Positions 1-13,156 of a DNA stretch of 64,000 bases are shown here, one piece after another (the stretch's first letter is position 1; every line of letters begins with the position of its first letter). Made by a program: the position numbers and the translations under genes. The DNA is from Podarcis vaucheri (lineage: Eukaryota). The stretch lies in NCBI GenBank assembly GCA_965113315.1, contig OZ220375.1; one strand, 5' to 3'. The notes beneath the pieces are model-generated. The model ran no database searches and was not told the origin of the DNA. It was given only the letters and a program-made list of their open reading frames with translations.

Positions 1-1224
1 GGGAAATATTGCCCTACCTTACCAGGTTGTTGTAAGAACTGCTGTGTAGTGTTTGAAACTCCCATTGTTCTAGGTGCATTTTGCGACGGGGAATTTCATT
101 AGCGTGAGCAGTTTCTGAGCTCTGGGTGCAGTACTGTGCCTAAGATTTTAGATTAAACTGCAGAGTGGGAGGAAAGGAGGATCTTTTTCTGCCTCCCCAC
201 TTCCAGCTACCCTCTGAAGACTGGAGAAGAGACCCTCTTAATATTGGGGGGCGGGCAGGAGAAGGACTAGACCGTGTGAAAAGTGAACATAATACTTTGC
301 AGTTCATTCATTTTTAGCTTTGTATTCTTATTATTAAAAATTTGTGCCTAGACATTCCATTGTTGCGCCCATAACCTAGGTTCAAAGTACCATTTAGCTT
401 CTAGCTTTCATATCTCAGTTTCTAACATTGCTACTGTGATAAAGTATGTCAGCATTCCCCAATTTGGTCCCCTCCATATGTTTTTGACTGCAGCTCCCAT
501 CTTCCCTGATCACTGACCATGTTGTCTGGAACTGATTGATGTGGGCACCCAGAAAGAGCACTGTAGGAAAGCTAAGTAGAATCTATTTACAGGCTTCCCA
601 TAGGCACCTGGTTGTCTGCAGTGAGAACAGGATGTGGGACTTGACTGGCCTTTGATCTGATTCAGCTGAGCTCTTGTATTCTTAAATGGATGCATGGTGA
701 AATGTAGAAGGGGCTGTAAGCATCAGGGTACTTCACTATCTATTGAGTATTCTCAGTAGAGTGCTAGGAGCCTGGAGGAAGATGGTAGTGGGTGTGGGAT
801 AGTTATGGTCAAGATAACCAAGAGCATAATGGGTAGTTTGGAGAGTAGCAGATTATTGAGTGGGGAAAAGAGGCAATTAGAGAACCTTTGGATAGTATAC
901 AACTTTATTTCATAAAATTTATACACTGCTTGATTGTAAACAAACCAACCTCAAACCAGACCCTCTCAAAAAAGATTAATTATGAAAAGTTATTGCTTTC
1001 TGATCCCATGTTTGCAATCTTCAGAAAATGAATTGAAATCCCCATTTCAAAGAAGGTCTTTTAGGTTTTGTACACCATGTTTTAACTGTTTTGATTTTGA
1101 CTGCAGACGAATTCTGGAGGCTGAAGTCTTGTGCATATTTACCTGGGAGAAAGCCCCATTGAATGTAGTGAGACTCATCCTTAAGTAGACATTGATTGGA
1201 TTGTGCTCTAAATTGTGATAATGG

Positions 1225-1262
<38 letters not shown>

Positions 1263-1360
1263 TCCCCAGCCACTCTGGGTGGCTTCCAACAAAGATTAAA
1301 AATACATTAAAATGTCACACATTAAAAACTTCCCTGAACAGGGCTGCCTTCAGATGTCTA
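1225..1360 (-). mobile_element. (TAA)n tract plus a LINE 3'-end fragment (L2/CR1 group)
   Basis: Trinucleotide tail followed by cccagccactctgggtggcttccaac...gctgccttcagatgtc, resembling squamate LINE 3' ends. Confidence 0.45.
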
Positions 1361-2267
1361 CTATGTGATCCAGGGGGTGCACCTTTTGAGTGGGATATTG
1401 GGTAACTGGAACAAGAAAGTAATACTTTCTAGAAGGAGGAGGTAGCAGGGAAATTAATGGCAAGGAACTGTTTTATGTGTGGCTAAGAGTGTGTGAACTC
1501 CAAGTAGGATAGATTGATTTAAATCAGGAAGAATAAAAGACAAATTTAAAAGACTGATTTTAAATTGTTTCCCATTGATTCTACAAGTTATTTCTAAAAC
1601 TATGGTGTAAAAGACACCAATAAACTATGCTGTTTACACTGTTTAATTCTTTCAACCAGGCTTTCCATCTCTTTGTTATGTTGTATATACATTTTGTATG
1701 CTCTCCTTTCTTACCAATACAACAAATGTCTTTAAAATATTCCCGTATGAGGCCTGTCATAATCAGGATGCATGATTGTTAGGAGGTTAATAAGCATTTC
1801 TTCTCAGAAGTAAGTCCCATGGAGCTCAGTGAGGCTTACTCCTAGAAAGAGAGTATAGAATTGGAACCTTAGCATGAGAATATTGGAACATGCAGACTGG
1901 ACAGTTTGTCTTCTCTTCTTCCCAATGTTCTTCTCTGCTTCACCCTGCCTTTGCCCATTTCACCCTCACAAATACAAGCAAAAATAAAATACACATGAAT
2001 GATATGTCATAGCAAGGCTTCATAGTTTGTAGGCAGACTAGAATAGATCTATTTTCTTCAGGTGAAAATGCATGTATATGTTTGGCAGATAGTGTAAATA
2101 CTAATATTTGAGAAATTGTCAAATTGGCTTTTTATGTACAGAAGCCTTATTTAACTCAATGTATATGACACTGATTTTGTGGGTAGCTGAAGGACTAACC
2201 TGCCTTTATTAAGATTTTTTAATATTAACCTAATTATTTGCAGTTTAAACAATATTTTTAAATATAT

Positions 2268-2269
<2 letters not shown>

Positions 2270-2308
<39 letters not shown>
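2270..2308. repeat. (TA)n microsatellite
   Basis: Direct reading. Confidence 0.95.
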
Positions 2309-2309
<1 letters not shown>

Positions 2310-2862
2310 TTTCGTAGATTTTCACGGGTACAGGAATGCAGGTTTTGGTGTCTTCGGGTGTCTTCCCGTGTAAGGGTCGGGGTGTCTGTGCGACGTTTCG
2401 ACGAGGTCTCACTCGTCATCTTCAGGCTGGTGCTTTCGGCTTCTTGTTACTGGAACAGAGCAGAATCTGGTGTTTGAGTTCCTATAAATACTGTTGAGGG
2501 GTGTGGTGTATAGCCTCCAACGTTCTGGGCAGAGAGGAAGTTCCTAGATTAGTGTGCCTTTTCTTCTTTTGTTCCTTAATTACTTGAGGGATATCTTGAG
2601 TGATTTCATGAGTGATATTCTGAATACTACTGGGTGGGTCATTAAGTGTAGATTAGTTGCTAAAGCTTTCGTGTCTTGACCTCTTGAGCTTGTGAAGAGT
2701 TTTTCTGAGAAGATGGCTGTGCTGCATTTAGTTGTGCTCTGGCTTGGCTTCGTGTATAGGGGCGAGCTGTGGTTTTGTGCCTTGTGCCAGCCAGATCTGT
2801 GTAGGGATTGCTGCACCCCCCTGGCTGGCACAAGGCACAAAACCACAGCTCGCCCCTATACA
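2309..2862 (-). mobile_element. Penelope-like retroelement fragment (pLTR region) with an inverted terminal segment
   Basis: Carries a Penelope-type hammerhead core, abuts a (TA)n tract, and ends in a 42-bp inverted duplication. Confidence 0.65.
2390..2427 (-). ncRNA. Minimal type I hammerhead ribozyme motif (Penelope-associated)
   Basis: Minus strand GC-CUGAAGA-U-GACGAG-ugagac-CUCGUC-GAAAC-GUC-GC: both core boxes, 6-bp helix II, GUC triplet; helix I only 2 bp. Confidence 0.7.
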
Positions 2863-3016
2863 TTATGTTGGGGGGGCAGGACCTTTGTTTTTTGGGGGGC
2901 AGAACTGAGCTATCTGTAACTCATTAAGTATATTTATTTATCTGCACCCCCCTCCCCCAGCTATGCCCATGGTGTGTGTGTGTGTGTGTGTGTGTTTGTG
3001 CGTGTGCGTGTCAGGG

Positions 3017-3180
3017 GCTGCTGCGTTATACTAAGTCAAACCATTAGCCCATTTAGCTCAGTATTATCAACACTGATGTCAGCAGCTCTCCAGGTTTTAG
3101 ACAGGATACTTTCCCAGCCCTATCAGGAGACACCAGGATTTGAACCTAGACTTTTTGTGTGCAAAGCATGTGCTCTAGCC
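3017..3180 (-). mobile_element. tRNA-derived squamate SINE
   Basis: Similar to the copies at 12710-12880, 53400-53550, 54555-54752 and 55955-56128; B-box-like head. Confidence 0.55.
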
Positions 3181-3813
3181 TTTCCCTTTTGAATTAAACT
3201 CTTAGGAACTTTGGTTCATTACTTCCTGTCCATCCTTCTCTGTACAGTTTCCATGGTTCCTTATAATCACCAGAGGGGCTGCAAGGTAGATTAAGGATAA
3301 CAGGGAGTGGTCAGATTTTTCATACATAAGCTCAGGATGTTAAATGACCCCCAATAGTTAAACACTCCCTGCCCCTTTGAAACACAATGCATGTGTATTC
3401 TGTGAGCATTACGATGCTATAAACGTGGTAGGTGCAACTTTGTGGGGAAATTTTGGAGGATTCTTTCAGAGTTCTGTAGCTAATAACTGAGGAAGTATGA
3501 AGATTCCAAAGTGGGGCAAGGCACCATGGAAAAGAAATGGAAGAAGCTGGTGGGGGTGGATAGTGAGGTCATTTGGCTTTCCCACAGTATCACAAATATA
3601 CATGGTAGGTATCTGTGACTGGAATGGAAATCAGAGGATTTGGCAGTTTCTGGAGCAGGGACAAAAGTAGGGGGAAGTGAACATGTTAAGCAGGAGCTTA
3701 ATAGTATTTTTGGTCCTGCATTTGTTGGATAAATGTGGGTTTTGTTCTAAAGTGCCAGCAAGCTCTGTGTGTGAAGTAGGAGAAGTAGCTGCAGAGATGT
3801 ATGCTGATGAATA

Positions 3814-4171
3814 GGTAAAGGTACCCCTGACTGTTAGGTCCAGTCACGGACGACTCTGGGGTTGTGTGCTCACCTCACTGTATAGGCTGAGTGAGCTGGC
3901 GTTTGTCCACAGACAGCTTCCGGGTCATGTGGCCAGCATGACTAAGCCGCTTCTGGCGAACCAGAGCAGCGCACAGAAACGCCATTTACCTTCCCCCCGG
4001 AACGGTACCTGTTTATCTACTAGCACTTTGACGTGCTTTTGAACTGCTAGGTGGGCAGGAGCAGGGACCGAGCAACGGGAACTCACCCTGTTGCGGGGAT
4101 TCGAACCGCTGACCTTCTGATCGGCAAGCCCTAGGCTCTGTGGTTTAGATCACAGCGCCACCCACATCCCC
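3814..4171 (-). mobile_element. Sauria SINE, near full length
   Basis: tRNA-like head GGGATGTGGGTGGCGCTGTG, B box GTTCGAATCC, ACCTTTACC tail; degenerate 13-bp TSD atgctgatgaata (3801-3813) / acgttgatgaata (4172-4184). Confidence 0.9.
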
Positions 4172-4652
4172 ACGTTGATGAATAACACCCTTCTAAAACC
4201 TGAAAGCCAGGCTTCTCACTTGTACTTAATGTAAATTGACCAGAAACTCATACTGAATAAAAGCATAATCAGCATACTTCAAAATCATTGGCTGTAAGCA
4301 ACTGGGATAGAGGATAAAGGGTGGTTGAAAAGCGAGTACGGCACTAGTTTTATTTGCAAGGTTGTTATTATCAGTTGGTTCTTTGTTGTGTCTTGCTGAG
4401 GAGTCAAAGGGGAGTGGAGAGAAGTGAAAGATGATGTTGCTATAAAATGGAGGAAGATAAGCAAACCAGGGCAGTATTGACCTAAATATAACTTTGTGTG
4501 TGTCAAGATATACTTGTTGGTGAATTATGTAGACTCTGTGCACACTTTTTTCTTTGTGGTCCATAGGTAACAAAGTGTTTCAGTGTTGAGCAGTGTCCAA
4601 AGGGTGGTGTCTCTAGTGTTTTATCACCTTCATTTTTTTGGCTGTGTTTCAG

Positions 4653-4838
4653 TTTCTGACGAAACCCAAAGCAAGCAGCAGAAGAGTCTTTGAACGTTTT
4701 CCTGCTCTGGAATCTTGGACTAGAGGAAGGAGGAGGGAAGAGTGAAGTTGCAGCTGTTCCAGAGGACTTGTCCCATCTTGTAGTCCGTGTGGGAAATTAA
4801 GACTGAAGGAAGTTGCTGCATGTGGACTCTTTGAGACA
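4653..4838 (+). other. NFE2L1: Candidate NFE2L1 5'UTR exon (or 5' part of a long exon 2 with an optional intron 4839-5146)
   Basis: T-rich tract ending tgtttcAG at 4652; donor ACA|GTAAGT at 4839; second acceptor ccttttccttttccAG at 5146, 2 nt before the ATG. Confidence 0.5.
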
Positions 4839-5148
4839 GTAAGTCACGTGGGTTTATATGCAACTACCTTGGCTTAGTTACAAAACAGTTTTTGTCTCTG
4901 GATAGGCAGAGAGCAGAAGAAATAGGAGTCCTCCTGCTGGGAGACAGCTTTCTCTCTTCGGGAGATCTTTAGAACTTTAACAACTCTCTTGGTGGCAATG
5001 ATTGCTTTTAGGTTTTATTTTTTAAATGGGATTTGAACATTTTTTAATTACATTTTTTTCATTCTTTAAATAACTGTGGAGAGTTAGCTTGATAGTGTGA
5101 GTTTTAGTACATTTTCTGCTACATGCATTTCCTTTTCCTTTTCCAGAA

Positions 5149-5658
5149 ATGCTTTCTCTGAAGAAATATTTCACTGAAGGACTCATCCAGTTCACCATTC
5201 TCCTCAGCTTAATAGGTGTGAGGGTGGATGTAGATACTTATCTGAACTCGCATCTTCCCCCTCTGCGAGAGATCTTTTTGGGCCAGAGTTCTGCTTACAC
5301 CCAGACACAGTTCCACAACCTGCGGAACACTTTAGATGGCTATGTCATCCATCCAAAAAGTGTAGATCTGGACTATTATTTCACAGCTCGACGGCTTCTT
5401 AACCAGGTGAGGGCCCTGGACAGGTTCCAGGTGCCCACCACAGAAGTCAGTGCCTGGTTGGTACACCGAGATTCTGAAGGTTCTGTCTCTGGTGCCCAAC
5501 CCAATACAGGCATTGCCCTTGAGAATGGCAGTGGCTTGCAAGATGGAACTGTTCCAGACAATGAAGTGAGGGAAAATGGAGCAGAACAAGGATTTGGTGA
5601 AGAATTGGAAGACCTAGGTGCCGTGGCTCCTCCAATGAATGGTGATCTAACCAAAGAG
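5149..5658 (+). CDS. NFE2L1: NFE2L1 first coding exon (aa 1-170: NHB1 ER transmembrane anchor, CRAC region, NHB2 with W103|L104 DDI2 site)
   Basis: MLSLKKYFTEGLIQFTILLSLIGVRVDVDTYL...GDLTKE is the Nrf1 N-terminus; 510 nt, donor GAG|GTAGGT, phase 0. Confidence 0.97.
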
Positions 5659-8600
5659 GTAGGTTGTTACTCTCAGGCACAATCTGTGGACTGGTGTGGT
5701 GGGGAAAAGAGAACTATTTGAGTATTTATTTGTGACTTGCAGCTATAAAAATGCTACTTATTGTCAATAGCTTAATATTTCAGTGATTTGGGTAGGATAC
5801 TGGGAAATTGCTCTTTTTGGTGAGATGTTTGTTGGTCTGAAATTAGAGCAGTTCTTTTGTTGCAGCTTTCAGGAGGCATCTCAATAACACCACCTGCTTA
5901 TTTTGCAGCATTAGGTAATAGTCTCAATGCACGTATCAAATGGATAGTGATTTACTCAGCTCTGGAGTACTTCCAGGAGATTTTTCTACTTGGTTTTCAA
6001 GGGAGCAATGGGTAAAGCAGGTCTCCTGCTCCGTCCTAGTTTCTAATTCCAGTGTATAATGACTGCCTAGTGCCTTCCTTTTCCCACCCCTTACTGTCTC
6101 ATAAGGTTTTCCTTATGAAAGCCTGTTCTGGTTTGACCTGTTTGTATTGTGCCTTGCTTAGTGATGATTTGAATTAGCTGGCTTGTTTACTTGGATGCTC
6201 AAATCCCTCTCCCAAACACAGGGTGGAATGGTCATGGAGAATCTCTTCCAGACCACCCTTAATCCCTGATACTTTGTGTTGAAAATGGACAGTATTACTA
6301 GAGCTAGTGGCCAGGCTGGGAGTTGCTGAAACAGCTGCTGTGGCTGCCTTCCGCTCTTGTCATGTTTTCTCATCCCTACAATTGGCAAAAATAGGCTGAA
6401 GGTTTCTGAGATCTTATCCTTGGAAACTAAAAGTGAAATATCTCAGTTTGCGGGGTTTCCCCTACAGAAGTAGATAACTGAGAAATGGAGAATGACCCAC
6501 TAAGATAGGAGTGTGTGTGAGGGGGTGCATGTGCCTGTGGGGTGCTTGGAACAGGAGATTGAAGCTAAAAAATTGAAGGGTTTTTGTTTTGTTCTGGTAA
6601 AGCAGGGGATACTAGGGGGGAGTCTTGTTTGAATCCTTAAATACATCTTTTGTGTTCTGGATTATTGTGACTGGAATGAGCAAGAAGATGGTTGTACTAG
6701 AATTTCTCATATTTTAAGACTGCTATCTTTAAAATATACATTTTAGCTACCCATTATTGTAATTTTAAAAATGAGAATACTGCATTAAAAAGTTGAATAG
6801 CTTTTTTTTGTATATTTAAAAAGTTCTATAAATAGTGACTTGCTGAAATGTGCAAAGCAATTTGTAAGGGAAGTGTGAGGGTTGCTGGTACTTTCCTTTG
6901 TGTGTGTATGCACATGTGTGCTTTCTATTGCTAGGTTTACAATGTAAAAAACACAAATATAAGACATGGGGTTTTTGTGGACAAGGACAATCAGTAGGCT
7001 CTTCAACCATGAATCTGAAGACCAATACAATACTTGTTCCCCCTTATAAACCCATGAGGCCCCCAAAGGGTGAACAAGTTTTGTGTTGGTCTCATGGCAA
7101 TGAAAAAGTGGGAGTTACTGAGGCGTGGCTGAATCTGACTTTGATCAAGGTGTGTGTGTGTGTAGGACAGGGATAGAAATTGTGCAATACAGAGAAGCTC
7201 CTATTCTGGAGCAGCCTTTAGGGTTAATTCATTTTGCTTCCTATCTTTTTGTGCTGGACATGTGTGATCCGGGGCTGGAATGGACTTGCCATGGGTTCAT
7301 TAGAAGTATATAATATTTCATACTGCACTTAAGTACTTGGAGCACTTCTTGTTCATAATGCTACAGCAATGCAAGGCACCAAGCCATTTTCCTATTCCAT
7401 ATTGTCAGTTGTGGACTGAGTAAAGTCTGATTTGCCTTAGTGAATTGATAGCTGAGACTATATTTGAAGTGGGTGCTTTCCAATTCATGGCTCACTTTGT
7501 TAATCACAATGTTAGACCAATTATGTGCTTTCACTACTGATGTGCAGATACTGATCATGCACAAAACTTCAGGGTCGTGGTGGGGATAGGGACATAGTCA
7601 CTTTGCTTGTAATGAGTCACTCTCCTTTTTTTAGTTGTGCAGAGAACTTAAATTCAGACACAGGCTGCAGTACAGTCTGGATATGAGAGAGATGTTACAA
7701 GCCTTGATGGTGCCCAGCGGCACTTGTCCCCGCCTAAATGGGAAGTCCCTGAACACAAAAGGACGACAGAAAGGAAAGGTTTGGTAGACATGTAGAGTTG
7801 TATATATGCACAATCCCACTAAATGAACTCCTACGGTAGAGTGCTCAAACTGCCATATAAAGGCTACATATTTTCTCGTTATGAGAAATAGTTTTAGTGC
7901 TAGTGGTTTACTGGGTGATGCACAGATTAGAAGCAGGCTTAGGGTTTGCTTTGGTGGACAATACAGGGTTTATTGGACATAGGTGGACAGGGTTATGTCC
8001 GTAGAGAAGCAGCTCAAGTGAAGATAATATGCTTCAGGACAGGCATTGTGAAGGGAGGTTTGGCTCTGGTTTGTGTTTAAGCACTTGCTATATGCAACGT
8101 GGATGGAATTTTCTGAGCTGTTTGCTATAGTGTTAAGCAGTTGTGACTGCTTAACAAAAAGAAAGGAAAACAACCTTAACATATTTATAACAAGGAAATA
8201 AGTTTTTCAGCTGAAGGCCTTCCTAAACGATCAGGTTCTGGCCAAATGCCTAAAACACTGAAGTGTTATAGCAGTAGTGATTATAGCAAGGTCAATTATG
8301 AATGCCATGGAGGATGACGAACAGAAGAAAGGGCTGCCATGAGCAGTTTTGTGCATTGTCCAAAGTTGTGAGCAATAGGTATGGGAAACCATGTTCATCT
8401 GATCACGCAGCTCTAAAGCTCATTGGGTGGCTTATGCAGGTCACCATCTCTTAGCCTGCCCACTGATTTTTGAGAAGCTAAAATGTTTGTCAGAGCTCTT
8501 TGGAAGAAGGGCAGTATATCTTGTGATCAAGGTAGCAATGAGGTTCAGCTATTATGGCCCTCAGCCCTGTGATTAGAGACTTGTTTCTGGAAGAAACCGC

Positions 8601-9620
8601 AACTTGGACCATGGATTTACTGTACACCATTGAGCATATCTTCCTCTTTTCTACAAATAAAATGGGAATAGTTGCCTGTCTCACAGGGTGGCTATGAGAG
8701 TGAATATTATCGGGAATACAAAGCAATTGGTATGAGTTTTGGAGTTCCTCACTCCCTATAGAAAAAGAAGGAACAGCAGAAGTAGCAGTGGCTTGTGAGT
8801 TTGTTGAGAAAGGAGAGGCTTCAGCAACATGAAGGTTTTTTATGTGTAGGTGAGCTGTGTAGTACTTTGGTTTATCCTATTGTATCTGCAGAAGTGGTTA
8901 TAAATGCTTTGCGTATGAAAATAAGGGCCAGGTGTGAGTAGCATGAGACCACTTTTGTGTTGTCTAGGGCTTTCCTTTTTTGCATCATAAAATATCATGC
9001 AACTCCCTAATGCGTTGCTGAATTTGTTTTTTATTTTAAGCCCCATTTCTCAGCATATGTTCTTTGCTCACTGGACGCAGTGAGCCTGCTAGGAACCCTA
9101 GCTGGCTTAGACTGGATCCACTGCCGGGAAGAATTTGGGCTAATCCAAATACCAGCTTGTGTGGGAGGTAAGCATTGCTGCAACCCTCAAAACACTTTAC
9201 CTCCCTCACCCCCACCCATGCAAATGCCACAAACTGCTTGCTATGGCGCTACACCTTTTCCTGCAGCAGCTGTACAGCCACTCCCTGCCCAAACAAGCAA
9301 ATGTAGTATCCCCTAAGCTGATACATTATGTATTTTTTTAACTGTTTGTCTAAAGGTGATGTGAGAGCTGGATTTGCTAAGATTCAGCATGGAACATATG
9401 AACTGGTAATAAAGAGCTTCTGACTCTTCATTTCACCATGTGATAACCACCAGTCAGGCCCTATCTGATTACCAAAGGAATTGTTTTATTTGTATTCTGT
9501 TAAAAACATACAAACTCTCAACATGGCTCAGAACATAAGAAAACATTAGGACCAATCAATAAAAGCAGTATAAAATTTTAAAATATGTCCAACCAATATA
9601 AAATTCATACCTTTCTTATA

Positions 9621-9944
9621 CAGTGGTGCCCCGCAAGACGAATGCCTCGCAAGACGGAAAACTCGCTAGACGAAAGAGTTTTCCGTTTTGGAGGTGCTTT
9701 GCAAAACGAATCTCCTATGGGCTTGCTTCACAAGACGACAATGTCTTGCGAGTTCCTGCTGTTTTTCCCCCCTCCCCCCCTTTTGCTAAGCCGCTAAGCC
9801 GCTTATCAGCTGATCCGATCAGCAGATAAGCCGCTAATAGCGCTAATCCGCTAAGCCGTCAATGGGCTTGCTTCGCAAGACGAAAAAACAGCTAGACGAA
9901 GAGAATCACAGAACGGATTCTTTTTGTCTTGCGAGGCACCACTG
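9621..9944. mobile_element. Tc1/mariner (Tigger/pogo-like) MITE
   Basis: TIR CAGTGGTGCC(C/T)CGCAAGAC, TA TSD on both sides. Confidence 0.9.
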
Positions 9945-11040
9945 TATGTGTGATCTTCAGTCACTTCTTTTTTATAAATTATAATATGGGACAGTTTGTG
10001 AGATGAGGACTACATGTCCTGCAGCTCTTCTGTTCTTGGTCCACAGGATAATGAATCACACAACAAAAGGCTAACTCTTCTGATGGGAATTTAGCCCTTT
10101 GCTGTCTGATCCACTCCCTAACTGACCAGAAGAATATTTCCTTTAACTTTTCCAGTGACTATTCATTCAAAAGTAGTGAGTGGTCCTTTGAAAGCAGGTG
10201 TCTGTACCAATCTAGCACTTCTCACTAGATGGGTTGGGGAAGATATAATTTCTCCTTGGGCCTAGTCAGTACAGTGGATGCTTCTGCTTTTCTCTGTCAC
10301 TGAATTGTGTATTTATCACTGAGATAAAAAGTTGCTTACCATATCCACCAGACCAATGTCTAGCTTCCATGACTGCAATAATGAGTCTCCTAAGAACCCC
10401 CCCCCCACCTGTATGCATATTCATGCACTTACCCAAAACTGCTTGCTTGTGATGTGATGTGTAATCTTAACTTCAGAGCAATATTTTGGCTTTGTTTTTC
10501 TTTGCTGAGTGACCTGAAGCACTTGCAGGGGATTTTGAGATGTTAAGGGTTTTTTTGTGTTAATCGAGGTAATGTAGAAGGCATTCTGTCTGCCTTTGAG
10601 TAGTGGGAAATTTTTCCCATCTTCTGCCATCTACTTAGTAACACTGTGGCATTTTAAAAGTATCACAGGCACAAGACATGCTCCTAGGAGCTTTTCTATC
10701 CAGCCACAGCAATTTGATTTTCAAAGTTTGAGTGGGTAGAATAGACACTCTAATGCTTGGAGATTGATTCTGTGGATAAGTTATTTCCATATCTGGGAAT
10801 TGGGAAGATGGCCTGTTCTGGACAGGGTTGTGCTTCCTCTGATGGAGTTGGGTGCATGGTGTGGGATGCTCTCGGATTCATCTCCATCACCAGAAGCACC
10901 TTTTTTGCTAGCTTGTTCCTGGAAAGAACCAGCTTTTTGCAACTGGATGGAGATATCCAGGTGCCACCTCTTGACTCCTAGCATCTCCACCTGCTTGGCT
11001 GCAGTCAGCTGGTCTGCTGGGTACCGCGGCAGCAAAATTT

Positions 11041-11172
11041 GTGTCTTTTGGTGCCGTGCTACCCTGCAGACTACCCAATTTGCCTGGCAGCAAAAATAAG
11101 TAAATTTAAAATATTTTTTTTGCTGCTGGGTGAATCAGGTGGTCTGCAGGGTAGTGCGGCAGCAAAAGACAC
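11041..11172. repeat. 56-bp imperfect inverted repeat (palindromic element)
   Basis: Arms 11041-11096 and 11117-11172, 46/56 identical. Confidence 0.85.
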
Positions 11173-12709
11173 CCTTTTCAGCGGTGGCTCCCTGGCTTTG
11201 GAATTCCCTCCGTCTTGAAATCTGGTTGGCACCAACATTGGTAGGTGTTTGGCACTAGCTAAAAACTTATCTTTTTAAAAAGTGGATTCTTTATGTATTA
11301 GGCAACTGACTTTTTTTGTACTGATAGGCCATATAATGTGTAGTTGTTTTTACTAGAATCGTTGTGTTGTTAGTTTGATGTACCCTGTCTTGGGATCACT
11401 TGTTTGATGAATAGCGGGTTAAAAATGACATGGATTCATTTATGTATTATAGTCACTGTTTGTTTAAAACTGGGGCAGATTTACTAAATAAGAATGTTTG
11501 TGTCTGTCTTCTGATGTGTAATCAAAGTATGGATTTTTCTTGTTACTCTATAATAGAGCTTTCCCCTACTTCTCCTTGGTGTCCAAGGTTTGTGTTGTTT
11601 TACATGGGATATTGTTTTTAGATTCTGTTTCTTATTTTAGCAGCTGCTACATGAATGACTTTATCTTAGTCTTCACTTCCCACCTTTGTGGAAACACACA
11701 GCCTGTTGCTGTTAGCTAGAAATGGCTCTAAAAATGTGAGTACTGGGATTAAAGCTTGCCTAAAACTTGTCTGCTCTGGAAAGCTCTTCCTCTCTTCCTT
11801 GCTGTGTTTTGGGTTGGGCTTGATTATGAAATAGTGAAATAAAGGTACTCTGCACATGCTCAGAAGCAGTTTATAGATACTCCATGCTGAGCCTTGCCTC
11901 AAGGTAAGAACTCGTTTCTTACTGAATGCTGCCCATGACTGGAGCCAAAGGTTAAGGGGGGGGGGGAATTGTAAAAGTATGAAGTATCTTTCCAAGTTCT
12001 TTGTGTACAATAATGTCTCGGTAATTCTTATATCAAGATGTCAGAATAATAACATTTGGCATATCACAAGTTGGTTGCTGATACTGAAAAGAAAGTGACT
12101 TGTGTGAAGCCGCTTAGAGGGCTCATAGTATAGAAAATGAACTGGGGATTTCCAACTCACTCTTTGTGTTCTTAATATTATGTCACACCAGATCAGTATG
12201 CTGAGATACACTTTTGTAGAAATACCTGGTATCCTGGAGCATCCTTGTTAATCTAAGTAATGTAGTATTTTGATTCCATATTAATTTCAAGTATCTTGAA
12301 ATAATTTTTTAAAGCATATGTGTTTGGGAAATCCACACTCCCAAGTGAGTCATAAGCTATGGATGAAAGAGATTGTGTAGATTACATTTATATGCTTTTT
12401 TGAACATCATCCACCTTGTCATCTGAGCTCCCGCATTGTTCCAGTGGATCAGAGTGCCAAGCCTTGTGCTTTAGATTGTTGAGTGGGGTGGCTCTTCAGC
12501 TGTAACAGCTTTCATACCAAACTTGTTCTTTCATCCCTGCAAGGCCGTATAGAGTTCTTATGGCTGTCTTGTATTATTGGCCTTGGCTGTCAGTGCTTGT
12601 TTTTCAACTTTGTCCTAGAATGGGGTGCTTTGGTTGCCCCAGCTCATTAGCTGTGGATGTTGTAGATTGTAGACAAAAACCTTCATTGAAACTTGTCTGT
12701 GGGGGACTA

Positions 12710-12880
12710 TAGGAACATAGGAAACGGCCTTACTGAATTAGGCCCTTGGTCTATCTAGCTCAGTATTGACTACACTGACTGGCAGTGGCTCTCTGGGGTT
12801 TCAGGCAGGGGTCTCTTCCCATTCTATGTGGAAATGCCAGGGATTTTACCTGAGACCTTCAGCATGCAAAGCAGAGTCTA
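12710..12880 (-). mobile_element. tRNA-derived squamate SINE
   Basis: ataggaacataggaa tail; body shared with the other copies. Confidence 0.6.
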
Positions 12881-13156
12881 TGACCCCTCCCCAAATACTT
12901 GCATTCTGCCTGCCTGAAACTTTCCATTAAGCTTGCTGCCTCCTCAATTATCTGCCCTCTTGCCTGGTCTGGTATCCTTGCACCTGATTTCATCAGACAT
13001 GATCCTTCAAGATTGCTCCTGTTCATGCCCTGGCTAGTCTTGTTCAGTCATTTCCTATAAATGCAACATTGAGTGACCATAAGAGAGTTGGGCAGCTGTG
13101 ATTTCCCTGGTCTCTGGCAAGGTTTTGGAATTGGGTGAGAGTGAGGGATGCTTGTA

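Noticed and set aside
5659-5721. ORF-track extension VGCYSQAQ...RTI after LTKE
   Set aside because: Intron read-through past the canonical donor; similar overhangs occur at other exons
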